Source: Candidatus Krumholzibacteriota bacterium (GTDB lineage Bacteria > Krumholzibacteriota > Krumholzibacteriia > LZORAL124-64-63). From it: a DNA stretch of 25,537 nt. The DNA is taken from positions 1 through 25,537 of the forward strand of contig JBDLKA010000046.1 of assembly GCA_039714075.1 (NCBI GenBank). The letters run 5' to 3'. This document shows, piece by piece, positions 16,326-25,149 of this stretch. The notes beneath the pieces are model-generated. The model saw nothing but the letters and a program-made list of their open reading frames with translations, searched no databases and had not been told where the DNA came from. Both the position numbers and the translations under genes were made by a program. Numbering within the stretch: position 1 is the first letter of the stretch; every line of letters begins with the position of its first letter.

Positions 16326-16853
16326 ATGAACTGGACCGAAATGATTACTTCCGAAATGGAAGCGACCTATGCCGTTACCGATAATCTGATGGCCATGCTC
16401 AAGGACGAGGAACTTGCCTGGAAACCCGCCACCGGGGCCAACTGGATGACCGCGGGCCAACTGTTGATGCATCTGACCTCGGCCTGCGGCATGTGTTGCA
16501 AGGGGTTCGTCACCGGCGACTGGGGCCTGCCCGACGGCGCCAGCTTCGAGGACATGCCCCATGAAGACATGTTGCCCAAGGCCGAAAAACTGCCCACCGT
16601 CGATTCGGTGGCCCAGGCCAGGGAAGCCCTGGCCGAGGATAAAAAGGTCGGCCTGGCCATGGTCGCGAAGGCGGGCGAGGACGAACTCGGCTCGAAAATG
16701 GTGTCCGCGCCGTGGGAACCGGATTCCGAAAAGCTGCTCGGCAAGCACATGCTGGAGATGGTGCATCACCTGGCCGTTCACAAGGCCCAGCTGTTCTACT
16801 ATCTGAAGCTGATGGACCGGCCGGTCGACACCATGAGCCTGTGGGGAATCTGA
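16326..16853 (+). CDS. DinB/YfiT-like four-helix-bundle family protein
   Basis: Motifs L.WKP..G..WMT.GQLLMHL and H...H.AQLFYYLKLM. GGAGG RBS upstream. Confidence 0.8.
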   Translation: MNWTEMITSEMEATYAVTDNLMAMLKDEELAWKPATGANWMTAGQLLMHLTSACGMCCKGFVTGDWGLPDGASFEDMPHEDMLPKAEKLPTVDSVAQAREALAEDKKVGLAMVAKAGEDELGSKMVSAPWEPDSEKLLGKHMLEMVHHLAVHKAQLFYYLKLMDRPVDTMSLWGI

Positions 16854-16866
16854 GCAGGGGCTGACC

Positions 16867-18924
16867 TTATTCGCGAGGCTGATCCGGAGTGTCGCGGGCG
16901 ACGAAACCGTCGTCCGCGTCATCCCGGTCCTTTTCGCCCAGGGCTTTCAGCAGGGCTTTCACGTCGCGCACGCCCCCGGCGGTGAACCAGACGATCACCA
17001 CGGCGGCGATCGCCAGTTCGATCCAGATCTTGGTGTGCCAGAATCCCAGCCACCAGGAATCGTAGGCGGACCAATCGCCGTTCCGGATCTCGCGGGTGAG
17101 GAAAAAAACGGTGGCCGCGGCAAAGAGTAGCACCCAGGCCACGTTCCAGCCCCAGGTCAGCAGGTAGAGGACCTTGTCCCGTCGGCCGAACTCCCCGGTA
17201 ATGCCCAGGGCGCGCCAGTTGCGGCTGGTCTTGCCGGCGCTCTTTTCGGTTTCCCCCGGCAATTCATGTATTCCCCAATGAAGCAGGCGGTCAAGGTCGA
17301 AGGAAGGATGGCCGAGCGCTTTCTGGGTCAGGGAAACGGCCAGATAGACTCCCGAGCAGGACCACATGGCCCACCCCCACAGCTCCTGTCCGTTGGGCAG
17401 GTTTTCGCTGACCCAGGCGGCGCCGCGAGCCGCGTTTTCCGGACCCAGGAAATCGAACAGGCCCCAAAAGGCCACGCCGGCTTCCTTCCAGGACCTTTGG
17501 GATTGTTCCAGGACAAACCCCGTCAGGGTCAGGGTCACCCCGGCGATTCCCGCCGACCAGGCCGCCGCCGTCGTGCCCCAGCGGGTGTAGAGCCCGCCGA
17601 TGATGACCGCGCCCGACCAGCCTGCGAAAATGGCTCCGGTCAGGGCGAAGAACAGCAGGATGGCCTGGCTCTGTTTGTAGAACAGGCTGAAGATGAAGAT
17701 GAATATAGCGACGGCCACCACACCGCCGCGCAGGAGTCGCAGATGGGCCCGCGGCGACAGGGGTGTGCGGCGGAACGGCATGACCACGTCCTGGATGAAG
17801 ATGCTGCTCCACGAATGCAGGTAGGTGTTGTGGGTACTGATGAAGGCGCCGACCATCAGGGCGGCGAAGGCGCCCATCAGGCCCGCGGGCAGCAGGGCCG
17901 CCAACACCAGGGGCGCTCGCATCTGGTTGCGCACGGCCTCGTTTTCGATGCCGTCCAGCTGCGGCGTGATCCTGGCGGCGAATCCCGTCCAGTCCGGATG
18001 GTGCATCACGGTGAAAACCAGGATGGGCACCAGGGTCATGAAAACATCCTGGGAACGGCCGCGCCACAGGCCCAGCACGCCGCCCATCTTACCCTCGTGG
18101 GCGGTGCGGGCCGAGCTGTTGTAGGCCTGGGTGCCCTGCCAGGACATGGCGCCGTACATCAGGCCGACCACGCCGATCAGAAAATACGTGAAGTTGAAAT
18201 CGGCCACGTAGCCGGTGTCGAAGGGATTGATCTTGGAGTGGCCCGCCGCGGTTTGGGAAAGCACCTCGCCGACATCGCCCCAACCCACCAACAGCAGCAG
18301 GTAGATGGCCAGAATCAGGAACACCAGATTGGCGAAGGCCCCCTGGATGAAGTCGGTGATCATCACGGCGACCTGCCCGCCGGAAAAAACGAAGTAGACC
18401 GCGGTGACCAGCAGGACAGCCATCAGGGAAGGAAAAACCGGCAGTGCCAGGGAGCCCAGCTGCCAGGTTTCGGGCAGCCCCAGGTAATGGATGAAAAAAC
18501 GTGCGCCCACAGAGGGAAAAATGCCGAAGTTGATCAGCCCCGCGCCGAAAGCCACGGTGCCGGCGAAGATCCGAAAGCGGCGGCTGTAGCGGAGCTCGAA
18601 GAACTCGGCCAAAGTCAGGGCGCGGGTGCGTCGGAAACGGTAGTTCACCCAGCCGCTGATGGTCACGATCATCTGGACCAGGGCCATGCTCAGACCCCAC
18701 CAGCTCAGGGCGAATCCCGCCTGGTAACCCATTTCCAGATTGGCCACCACGGTAATGGCGCCCAGCCCCGCGATGCCCGCCGAGATGGTCAGCAGATAGC
18801 GTCCCGCCGAACGGCCGGCCGCCAGGTAGTCGGTCACGCCGCGCATGTAGCGTTTGGTCATGATCACCGTGCCCACGATGATCGCGTACATGGCGAAGAC
18901 GATGGTCCAGTCGAGGGTGGTCAT
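16867..18924 (-). CDS. Sodium:solute symporter (SSS/SLC5) family transporter
   Basis: N-terminal LDWTIV..Y, DYLAAGRSAGRYL, TLAEFFE.RY, GGQ..V..TDF.QG, LP.GL.G...A.M..A..ST and S.F.QDV. About 15 TM segments. Confidence 0.9.
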   Translation of the reverse strand: MTTLDWTIVFAMYAIIVGTVIMTKRYMRGVTDYLAAGRSAGRYLLTISAGIAGLGAITVVANLEMGYQAGFALSWWGLSMALVQMIVTISGWVNYRFRRTRALTLAEFFELRYSRRFRIFAGTVAFGAGLINFGIFPSVGARFFIHYLGLPETWQLGSLALPVFPSLMAVLLVTAVYFVFSGGQVAVMITDFIQGAFANLVFLILAIYLLLLVGWGDVGEVLSQTAAGHSKINPFDTGYVADFNFTYFLIGVVGLMYGAMSWQGTQAYNSSARTAHEGKMGGVLGLWRGRSQDVFMTLVPILVFTVMHHPDWTGFAARITPQLDGIENEAVRNQMRAPLVLAALLPAGLMGAFAALMVGAFISTHNTYLHSWSSIFIQDVVMPFRRTPLSPRAHLRLLRGGVVAVAIFIFIFSLFYKQSQAILLFFALTGAIFAGWSGAVIIGGLYTRWGTTAAAWSAGIAGVTLTLTGFVLEQSQRSWKEAGVAFWGLFDFLGPENAARGAAWVSENLPNGQELWGWAMWSCSGVYLAVSLTQKALGHPSFDLDRLLHWGIHELPGETEKSAGKTSRNWRALGITGEFGRRDKVLYLLTWGWNVAWVLLFAAATVFFLTREIRNGDWSAYDSWWLGFWHTKIWIELAIAAVVIVWFTAGGVRDVKALLKALGEKDRDDADDGFVARDTPDQPRE

Positions 18925-19469
18925 CAGAACAGGCGCGGCTCCTCGATGTGTTCGGCGTCGAGGGTGTGGCCCTCGAGCCGCAGCAGCCGGGCCTTGGTGG
19001 TAATGCCGCCGGCGAAACCGACCAGGGAACCACCTTTGCCGACCACCCGGTGGCAGGGTACCAGGATGGGCAGGGGGTTGTGGCCCGCCGCCTGGCCGAC
19101 CGCACGGAAGGCCGTGGGCTTGCGCATCGAGCGCGCCACCTGGCCGTAGGTGCGCAGTTTGCCGTAGGGGATTTTCAGGAGCTGGGTCCAGACCTTGACC
19201 TGGAAATCGGATCCCACCAGGTGCAGGTCGATGGTGAAGGTGGTGCGGCGGCCGACGAAGTACTCGGCCAGCTGGCCGTGCAGCTCTTCGAAGAAGCGGG
19301 GGGCTTCCTTGATCTTCTTTTCCTCGGGATAGATCTCACGGGCGAACGCATGGGCCCGGGTGTGGTATTCCCAGGCCTTGGGCAGGAACTCGAGGCGGGC
19401 CAGGCCGCCGGGGCCTGAGATGGCCAGCATGGGGTCGAGGACCGTTCTGAGCAGAGCGTATCGCACCAT
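18924..19469 (-). CDS. ogt: Methylated-DNA-[protein]-cysteine S-methyltransferase
   Basis: Motifs QL.EYF.G.R..F, FQ.KVW..L..IPYG...TYG, RAVG.A...NP....VPCHRVVG and G.L.GF.GG...K..LL.LEG. ATG 19469 follows GGAGG. Confidence 0.93.
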   Translation of the reverse strand: MVRYALLRTVLDPMLAISGPGGLARLEFLPKAWEYHTRAHAFAREIYPEEKKIKEAPRFFEELHGQLAEYFVGRRTTFTIDLHLVGSDFQVKVWTQLLKIPYGKLRTYGQVARSMRKPTAFRAVGQAAGHNPLPILVPCHRVVGKGGSLVGFAGGITTKARLLRLEGHTLDAEHIEEPRLF

Positions 19470-19665
19470 CGGGTTGCCTCCGCGAATATGATGGGCGGCG
19501 ATCATATCAGATATCCCAATGCAAATAAACAGCCTGGAAAGCAATTGATGCACTTTAATCCATTTGTTGCCCGGTCAGGGAAACCGTATGATAGGTTGGA
19601 GCGTAGAAATCCCATTCGACTCCTCCCGCACGCGATGCCCTTGCCGTTTTTCCAGGAGGCCCTTC

Positions 19666-22389
19666 ATGTCTGGTTCAAGAATCCTGTTTCTGTTCGCGAT
19701 CTTCGTCCTGTTGGCCGGGCCCGCCTTCACCCAGGACGCCCCGGAGCTGAATTTCGAGAAGTACACCCTCGACAACGGCCTGCAGGTCATCCTGCACGAG
19801 GACCACACCATCCCCATGGCGGCGGTGAACGTGTGGTACCACGTGGGCAGCAAGAACGAGAAACCGGGCCGCACGGGATTCGCCCATCTTTTCGAACACA
19901 TGATGTTCCAGGGTTCGGAAAACCACGACAAGGACTACTTCCTGCCGCTGCAGAAAATCGGCGCCCAGGTCAACGGCTCGACGAACAAGGACCGCACCAA
20001 CTACTGGGAAAACGTTCCGTCGGACCAGTTGAAGATGGCGCTGTTCATGGAAGCGGACCGCATGGGCTTCCTGCTGCCGGCCATGACCCAGGAGAAGCTG
20101 GACAACCAGCGCGACGTGGTGAAGAACGAAAAACGCCAGGGCGAGAACCGGCCCTACGCCAAGAGCCGGCAGATGCTGCTGGAACTGATGTATCCCGCAG
20201 GCCATCCCTACCGCTGGACCGTGATCGGAAGCATGGACGACCTGTCGGCCGCGTCGAAAGAGGATGTGTCCGAATTTTTCCAACTGTACTACGCGCCCAA
20301 CAACGCCTCGCTGTGCGTGGCCGGGGATTTCGATCCGGTCCAGGTGAAGCAGTGGATCGAGGAATACTTCGGCACGATTCCGCCGGGCCGGCCGGTGGAC
20401 CGCCTGACCGGCTGGACGCCCACCCTGGACGGCGAACGCCGCGCCCTGGCCGAGGATGCCGTCGAACTGCCGCGTCTGTACATGCAGTGGCACTCCCCGG
20501 GCTGGTACCATCCCGGTGACGCGGAATTCGACCTGCTGGCCGGCGTGCTGGGTTCGGGCAAGACCTCCCGGCTGTACCAGACCCTGGTCTACGACCTGCA
20601 GATCGCCCAGGACGTCAGGGTGGGCCAGTCCTCGCGCGAACTCAGCGGCGTGTTCGGGATCACCGCCACCGCGGCGCCGGGGCACGATCTGGCCGAGCTG
20701 GAAGAGGTCATCGACCACGAGTTGGCGAAGTTGTTGAAGAACGGCGTCACCAAAAAGGAGGTCGACCTGGCCCGGACCCGTTTCGAGGCGGGCTTCGTGC
20801 GTGGTCTGCAACGGGTCGGCGGCTTCGGGGGCAAGGCGGATCGCCTGAACCGGTACAACTTTTTCACCGGTGATCCGGGCTACCTGGATCAGGACCTCGA
20901 ACGGTTCCGCGCGGCCACGGCCAAATCGGTCAACGAATGGACGCGCCGGTTCATCGGCCTGAAGAACCGGGCCGTCCTGCACATCGTTCCCCAGGGAACC
21001 CTTGCCGAAGCGGATGTCGCTGTCGACCGCAGCGTGCTTCCCGGCAGCGCGGGGGAGATGTCCTTCACGCCGCCGGAAATCCAGACCGCCGTCCTGGACA
21101 ACGGCCTCAAGCTGTATCTGGTGGAAAAGCACGAATTGCCGCTGGTGGAGGTGCGGCTGAACATCATGAGGGGCTGGGCTTCGGATCCCGCGGACAAACC
21201 CGGCACGGCCGCCCTCACGGCCGATCTGCTGGATGAAGGCGCGTCCGGCATGGATGCCCTGGAGATTTCCGAAATCGAGGAATCCCTCGGCGCCCGTCTG
21301 AGAACCGGGAGTTTCTTCGACGGGTCCTTCGTTTCGCTCAACGTCCTGAAAAGCCAACTTGAACCCGGCCTTGATCTGATGGGCAAGGTCGCCCTGAAAC
21401 CCTCCTTCCCCGAGGCGGACTTCGAACGCCTCAGGAAAAACTACCTGGGCCGCCAGCAGCAGGAATCACGGCAGCCACGGCAGCAGGCCACCCGGGAGTT
21501 CCAGAAGCGGATCTTCGGTGACGGCCATCCCTACGCCCAGCCCTTCTCGGGCTCGGGCACGAAGGAGTCCCTGGCCGCCCTGACCAGGGAGGACCTGGTG
21601 GCGTTCCATGACACGCATTTTCACCCGGGCAACGCCGCCGTGGTCGTGGTCGGGGACCTGGATCTGGACCAGGCCGTCGCCGCGGTGTCCAAGGCCTTCG
21701 GAGGCTGGACGGCGGGAACGTCGCCGGCGCCCGTGGTGGCGGAGATCGGTGCCTATGATGGTCCCCGGATCATCGTGATCGACAAGCCGGGCGCCGAGCA
21801 GAGCTACGTCGTGGGCGGATATGCCGGCATGTCGCGAAAGGATCCGGACTACCAGGCGTTCCAGGTGGCCAATACGGCCTTCGGCGGGCAGTTCGCTTCG
21901 CGGATCAACCTGAATCTGCGCGAGGACAAGGGCTACACCTACGGCGTACGTTCGATGATGATCAGTTTCCGCGACGGCGGGATGTTCATGATGAGGGCGC
22001 CGGTGGAAACCCCGGCCACCCGCCCCGCGGTGGAGGAACTCATCAGGGAGATGACCGATATCCGCGGGCCCCGGCCCCTGTCCGACACCGAACTGGTCGA
22101 CAGCCGCAACCGGTTGATCATGGGATTCCCCCAGCAATTCCAGACCTTCGGCGGGGTGGCGGGCAGTCTCGGCGCCCTGTTGCTGAACGATCTTCCGCTG
22201 GACGATTGGCGGACTTTCGCCGAAAGGGTGAACGGCATGGACGCCGCCGCGATGGCCGATGTCATTGCCGATACGATCGATCCCGACCGCGTGGTCTGGG
22301 TCATCGTCGGGGACTGGGCGGTGATCGAGGAAGACGTAAAGGCCCTGGATCTGGGCGAGGTCGAGGTGATGACTGCCGGTCAGTCCTGA
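19666..22389 (+). CDS. Secreted M16-family (pitrilysin/PqqL-like) zinc metallopeptidase, two fused halves
   Basis: Inverted zinc motif GFAHLFEHMMFQGS, plus NGST..DRTNY and Y.PNNA. The second half has RINLNLREDKGYTYG. ATG 19666 follows AGGAGG and begins a signal peptide. Confidence 0.93.
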   Translation: MSGSRILFLFAIFVLLAGPAFTQDAPELNFEKYTLDNGLQVILHEDHTIPMAAVNVWYHVGSKNEKPGRTGFAHLFEHMMFQGSENHDKDYFLPLQKIGAQVNGSTNKDRTNYWENVPSDQLKMALFMEADRMGFLLPAMTQEKLDNQRDVVKNEKRQGENRPYAKSRQMLLELMYPAGHPYRWTVIGSMDDLSAASKEDVSEFFQLYYAPNNASLCVAGDFDPVQVKQWIEEYFGTIPPGRPVDRLTGWTPTLDGERRALAEDAVELPRLYMQWHSPGWYHPGDAEFDLLAGVLGSGKTSRLYQTLVYDLQIAQDVRVGQSSRELSGVFGITATAAPGHDLAELEEVIDHELAKLLKNGVTKKEVDLARTRFEAGFVRGLQRVGGFGGKADRLNRYNFFTGDPGYLDQDLERFRAATAKSVNEWTRRFIGLKNRAVLHIVPQGTLAEADVAVDRSVLPGSAGEMSFTPPEIQTAVLDNGLKLYLVEKHELPLVEVRLNIMRGWASDPADKPGTAALTADLLDEGASGMDALEISEIEESLGARLRTGSFFDGSFVSLNVLKSQLEPGLDLMGKVALKPSFPEADFERLRKNYLGRQQQESRQPRQQATREFQKRIFGDGHPYAQPFSGSGTKESLAALTREDLVAFHDTHFHPGNAAVVVVGDLDLDQAVAAVSKAFGGWTAGTSPAPVVAEIGAYDGPRIIVIDKPGAEQSYVVGGYAGMSRKDPDYQAFQVANTAFGGQFASRINLNLREDKGYTYGVRSMMISFRDGGMFMMRAPVETPATRPAVEELIREMTDIRGPRPLSDTELVDSRNRLIMGFPQQFQTFGGVAGSLGALLLNDLPLDDWRTFAERVNGMDAAAMADVIADTIDPDRVVWVIVGDWAVIEEDVKALDLGEVEVMTAGQS

Positions 22390-22410
22390 TCAATCACCGG
22401 TGAAAACGCG

Positions 22411-22443
22411 GAGCCGGGCTGCCCCGAAAAGGCGGCCCGGCTC
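22411..22443. terminator. Hairpin terminator between convergent genes
   Basis: GAGCCGGGCTGCC-ccgaaaa-GGCGGCCCGGCTC is a 13-bp stem with one G-U pair. Confidence 0.7.
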
Positions 22444-22472
22444 ATCTATAATTAAACAGCCGTGAAGCTGGT

Positions 22473-22874
22473 TCAGTTCCTGATCAAGGGGCAGACGAAA
22501 CGCTTGACCACGTCGCTGATCTCGATGTCCCCGCGGGCGGCGGCGGCCTGGATGTCTTCGGCGTTGGTGTACTGCATGGGAGAGGATCCGGTGAAGGTCA
22601 CCAGGCGGACTTCCCAGCGCCCTCCGTTGTAATCCCTGTCTCCGGGGGCGCTTTCGGACACGGGGGCCAGGCCGTCGCCGAGAACGTAGAGGGCATCGAA
22701 TTTCCCGTGGTTGGGCAGGTCGGTCGGGGTGGCGACGGTCTTGTACATCATGTCATGGGCGTAGATGGTGCCGCCGGGAGGTCCGATCTGCGCGGCCGCG
22801 GGGGTGAACAGGCCGGATGCGGTCAGGGCCAGGGCGAGAGCAAAGATCGAAACGGAAATTCTTTTTTTCAACAT
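22473..22874 (-). CDS. Small secreted hypothetical protein
   Basis: 133 aa. AAGGAG RBS and signal peptide (MLKKRISVSIFALALALTASGLFTPAAA|Q). Conserved-looking segments V.E.APGDRDYNGGRWEV and C-terminal FVCPL. Confidence 0.8.
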   Translation of the reverse strand: MLKKRISVSIFALALALTASGLFTPAAAQIGPPGGTIYAHDMMYKTVATPTDLPNHGKFDALYVLGDGLAPVSESAPGDRDYNGGRWEVRLVTFTGSSPMQYTNAEDIQAAAARGDIEISDVVKRFVCPLIRN

Positions 22875-22973
22875 TGTAAGGTCTCCTTGGTTTGAGCTAG
22901 ATTTATCGGGCCGGGTTCGACCTAATCCCTCCGGGGAGGTATTTCACCCGGTTCTATGAGGTTGGCTCGATGT

Positions 22974-23021
22974 GTGTGACCAATTTTTTGATAATTTTTT
23001 CAACGGTGGCTGTGGTCACAC
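22974..23021. promoter_or_regulatory. Back-to-back TGGTCACAC motifs, candidate divergent ECF -35 elements or an operator
   Basis: GTGTGACCA (22974-22982) and TGGTCACAC (23013-23021) form a perfect 9-bp inverted pair around a 30-nt spacer that is largely AT-rich. Confidence 0.45.
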
Positions 23022-23059
23022 CGGCCGGCCCGCCGAACTAATAGAGTTGGGAGGTGAGC

Positions 23060-23692
23060 ATGGGCGATTCAAAGAAGCCGCACCGCGATGACGGTGTGTC
23101 CGGCGACCCGTCACGATCCCGCCCCGGCTCGCCCCTGACCGCCGCGGTTCTTGAAAAGGTCCGCCAAAGGGATCCCCAGGCCCTGGCTGTTCTTTTCGAT
23201 CATCACTTCAGCCGGATCTTTGGTCTGGCCTTCCGCCTGCTCGGCGAAAAAACCGTGGCCGAAGACGTGACTCAGGAGGTTTTCCTGCGGGTGCACCGGG
23301 CCGCGCACCAACTCGACACAACGAGGGATCCCGGACCCTGGCTGATGACCATAACGGCCAACCTTTGCCGGGAAAAATGGCGCTCCCGGGCGGGCCGGCA
23401 GGCGAAACAGACCATTTCGCTGGATGAAAAGCCCGCGGTGGCCGCCGGAATCGCCGACGGCGGCACCGGCACCGACCGCAAGGTCCTGGACGCCGACCGG
23501 AACCGGCTGCTGACCGGGGCGATCGCGGAATTGCCCGAGGCCATGCGCCTGGTGGTCGTCCTTCATGATCTGCAGGGCCTGACCCACGAGGAAATCAGCG
23601 GCATCACGGGCGATGAGGCCGCGGCGGTCCGCAAACGTTATTCCCGGGCGCTGCGGAAGCTGCGCGAACTGTTACCGGACGGATTGGTATGA
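23060..23692 (+). CDS. ECF-subfamily sigma-70 factor
   Basis: Region 2: D.QAL..LF..H...I..LA.RL...AEDVTQEVFL.V...WL..I..N. Region 4: AI..LP...R.V..L..LQGL..EEI..I.G...AVR.R..RA..KLR. ATG 23060 follows GGAGGTG. Confidence 0.92.
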   Translation: MGDSKKPHRDDGVSGDPSRSRPGSPLTAAVLEKVRQRDPQALAVLFDHHFSRIFGLAFRLLGEKTVAEDVTQEVFLRVHRAAHQLDTTRDPGPWLMTITANLCREKWRSRAGRQAKQTISLDEKPAVAAGIADGGTGTDRKVLDADRNRLLTGAIAELPEAMRLVVVLHDLQGLTHEEISGITGDEAAAVRKRYSRALRKLRELLPDGLV

Positions 23693-24519
23693 GCGAGCGT
23701 AACGACATGAACCTGACACCGGAAGAGCGGCGGCTCCAGGAAGCCATCCGTGGTCTCGGCGAGGTGCGTCCGGACGACGCCTTCGCCGAGCGTCTGCGCC
23801 GGGAGTTCATTTCGGGCGACATCGACGCGCAGACAGAAGATGGATCTTCCGACAACATCGTGCCGCTGGACCGGGGCGGGAACCGCCGCCGGCTGTGGGG
23901 CGCGGCCGTGCCCGTCCTGGCGGCCATTTTCGCCTTCCTGCTGCTGTCCGGGGGCGATCCGACCTGGACCTTGAAATCGGTGACCGGAACCGGAACCATC
24001 CAGGTGGACGGCAAACCGGTGGACGCCGCGGAATTCGACCGCCTCGAAGACCTGGTCGCACCGGGCGCGCGGTTCGTCGTGCCGGCGACCGCGGAGATGG
24101 AACTCATCCTGGGCGAGATCATGGTCTTCGGGATCATCCGCGATTCGGACGTCACCATTCCCGCCGACCCCGGCCAGGACAACCAAACGTTCACCTCGAC
24201 GGTCACCCACGGGGAACTGCTGGTGAAAACCGGCCCCGCCTTTGCGGGCGAGAACCTGTTGATCCTGACCAGCGAGGGTCGGATCGAACTGACCGGCACC
24301 ACCATCGCCGTGAACAAGGGCGACGGTTTCACCTGCGTGTGCGTGCTGGAGGGAACGGCGCGGATCGGCAAGGACATCGCCGATCTCGAGGAAGTGGCCG
24401 CGGGCTTCCGCAAGGTCATGTTCGCCGACGGCAGCCCCTCGATCATCGTGGATATAGAACCGGACCACGAAAAGGATCTGACCGATTTCGAGGCCCGGAA
24501 CGAAAAAGCCTTCGACTAG
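23689..24519 (+). CDS. Anti-sigma factor with single TM helix and FecR-like extracytoplasmic domain
   Basis: ATGA overlap with the sigma gene. Short N-terminal cytoplasmic domain, TM segment WGAAVPVLAAIFAFLLL, then FecR-like strands GELLVK..I.T.EG.I...GT...V......VCVLEG. Confidence 0.8.
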   Translation: MSERNDMNLTPEERRLQEAIRGLGEVRPDDAFAERLRREFISGDIDAQTEDGSSDNIVPLDRGGNRRRLWGAAVPVLAAIFAFLLLSGGDPTWTLKSVTGTGTIQVDGKPVDAAEFDRLEDLVAPGARFVVPATAEMELILGEIMVFGIIRDSDVTIPADPGQDNQTFTSTVTHGELLVKTGPAFAGENLLILTSEGRIELTGTTIAVNKGDGFTCVCVLEGTARIGKDIADLEEVAAGFRKVMFADGSPSIIVDIEPDHEKDLTDFEARNEKAFD

Positions 24520-24538
24520 CCGGCCCGGGCCCGCCTGA

Positions 24539-25060
24539 TCAGGCCGATTTGCGCCGTGACGTCAGGATCACGACGACCGCCACCAGGGCGATGACGAGCA
24601 GGATCCAGAAAAATTCCTCGACCAGCACCGCGGCCACGAAGGTGGCGGCCAGGATCAAGCCCACCACCGCCATGCGCCAGTTGAAATGAACCCCCGCCAG
24701 GGCGGCGGTCAACGCGAGCATGAGCAGGGCCAGAAGACCGGGCGTGGACGGCCGGTCGAAGAGGTGGGCGCTGTGCATGAGAAAGATCAGCAGGATGCCC
24801 ACGAGCAGGATTCCCCAATGCAGCGCCTGTTTCATGACCCGGCCGCTCTGGTCCCCGGGAGTGTCCTGATCGGATTTCCAGGCCAGGCCGATGCTGACCA
24901 CCCCGAAGATGACCGCCATGGCCAGCCAGTACCAGAATCCGTACTTGTCGGAATAATCCATGATCGCGACCCCGCCCACGGACAGGACCACGAGAATGCT
25001 GTAGATCCAGCCCTGGTATCTGTGGGAGAGATTGTTGTGGGTGGCATCCATCGAATTCAT
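24539..25060 (-). CDS. Hypothetical integral membrane protein (~5-6 TM)
   Basis: 173 aa, strongly hydrophobic, with a GAGGAG RBS before ATG 25060 and a basic C-terminal tail. Confidence 0.75.
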   Translation of the reverse strand: MNSMDATHNNLSHRYQGWIYSILVVLSVGGVAIMDYSDKYGFWYWLAMAVIFGVVSIGLAWKSDQDTPGDQSGRVMKQALHWGILLVGILLIFLMHSAHLFDRPSTPGLLALLMLALTAALAGVHFNWRMAVVGLILAATFVAAVLVEEFFWILLVIALVAVVVILTSRRKSA

Positions 25061-25149
25061 GGGCGGCTCCTCGTGGAATGGAAATGGGATCGTTTCCTAG
25101 TGCGGCCAGCATAGCCAGCAAGTGGGAATAGGACAACACCAAGCTGAAA

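Noticed and set aside
5283..19665. Longest-ORF starts in the track (5348, 8866, 8810, 10523, 13162, 16186, 19553, 19564)
   Set aside because: These extensions run through intergenic DNA. Downstream ATGs have clear RBSs and put signal peptides or domain starts at the N-terminus.
2541..21357. Many long antisense or alternate-frame ORFs (e.g. 2541-4904 +, 6098-7789 +, 8900-10432 -, 11375-13078 +, 14621-16051 +, 17266-19149 +, 19675-21357 -)
   Set aside because: They shadow well-supported genes on the opposite strand and carry no recognisable motifs. Such ORFs are expected from high-GC codon bias, which depletes stop codons in the antisense frame.
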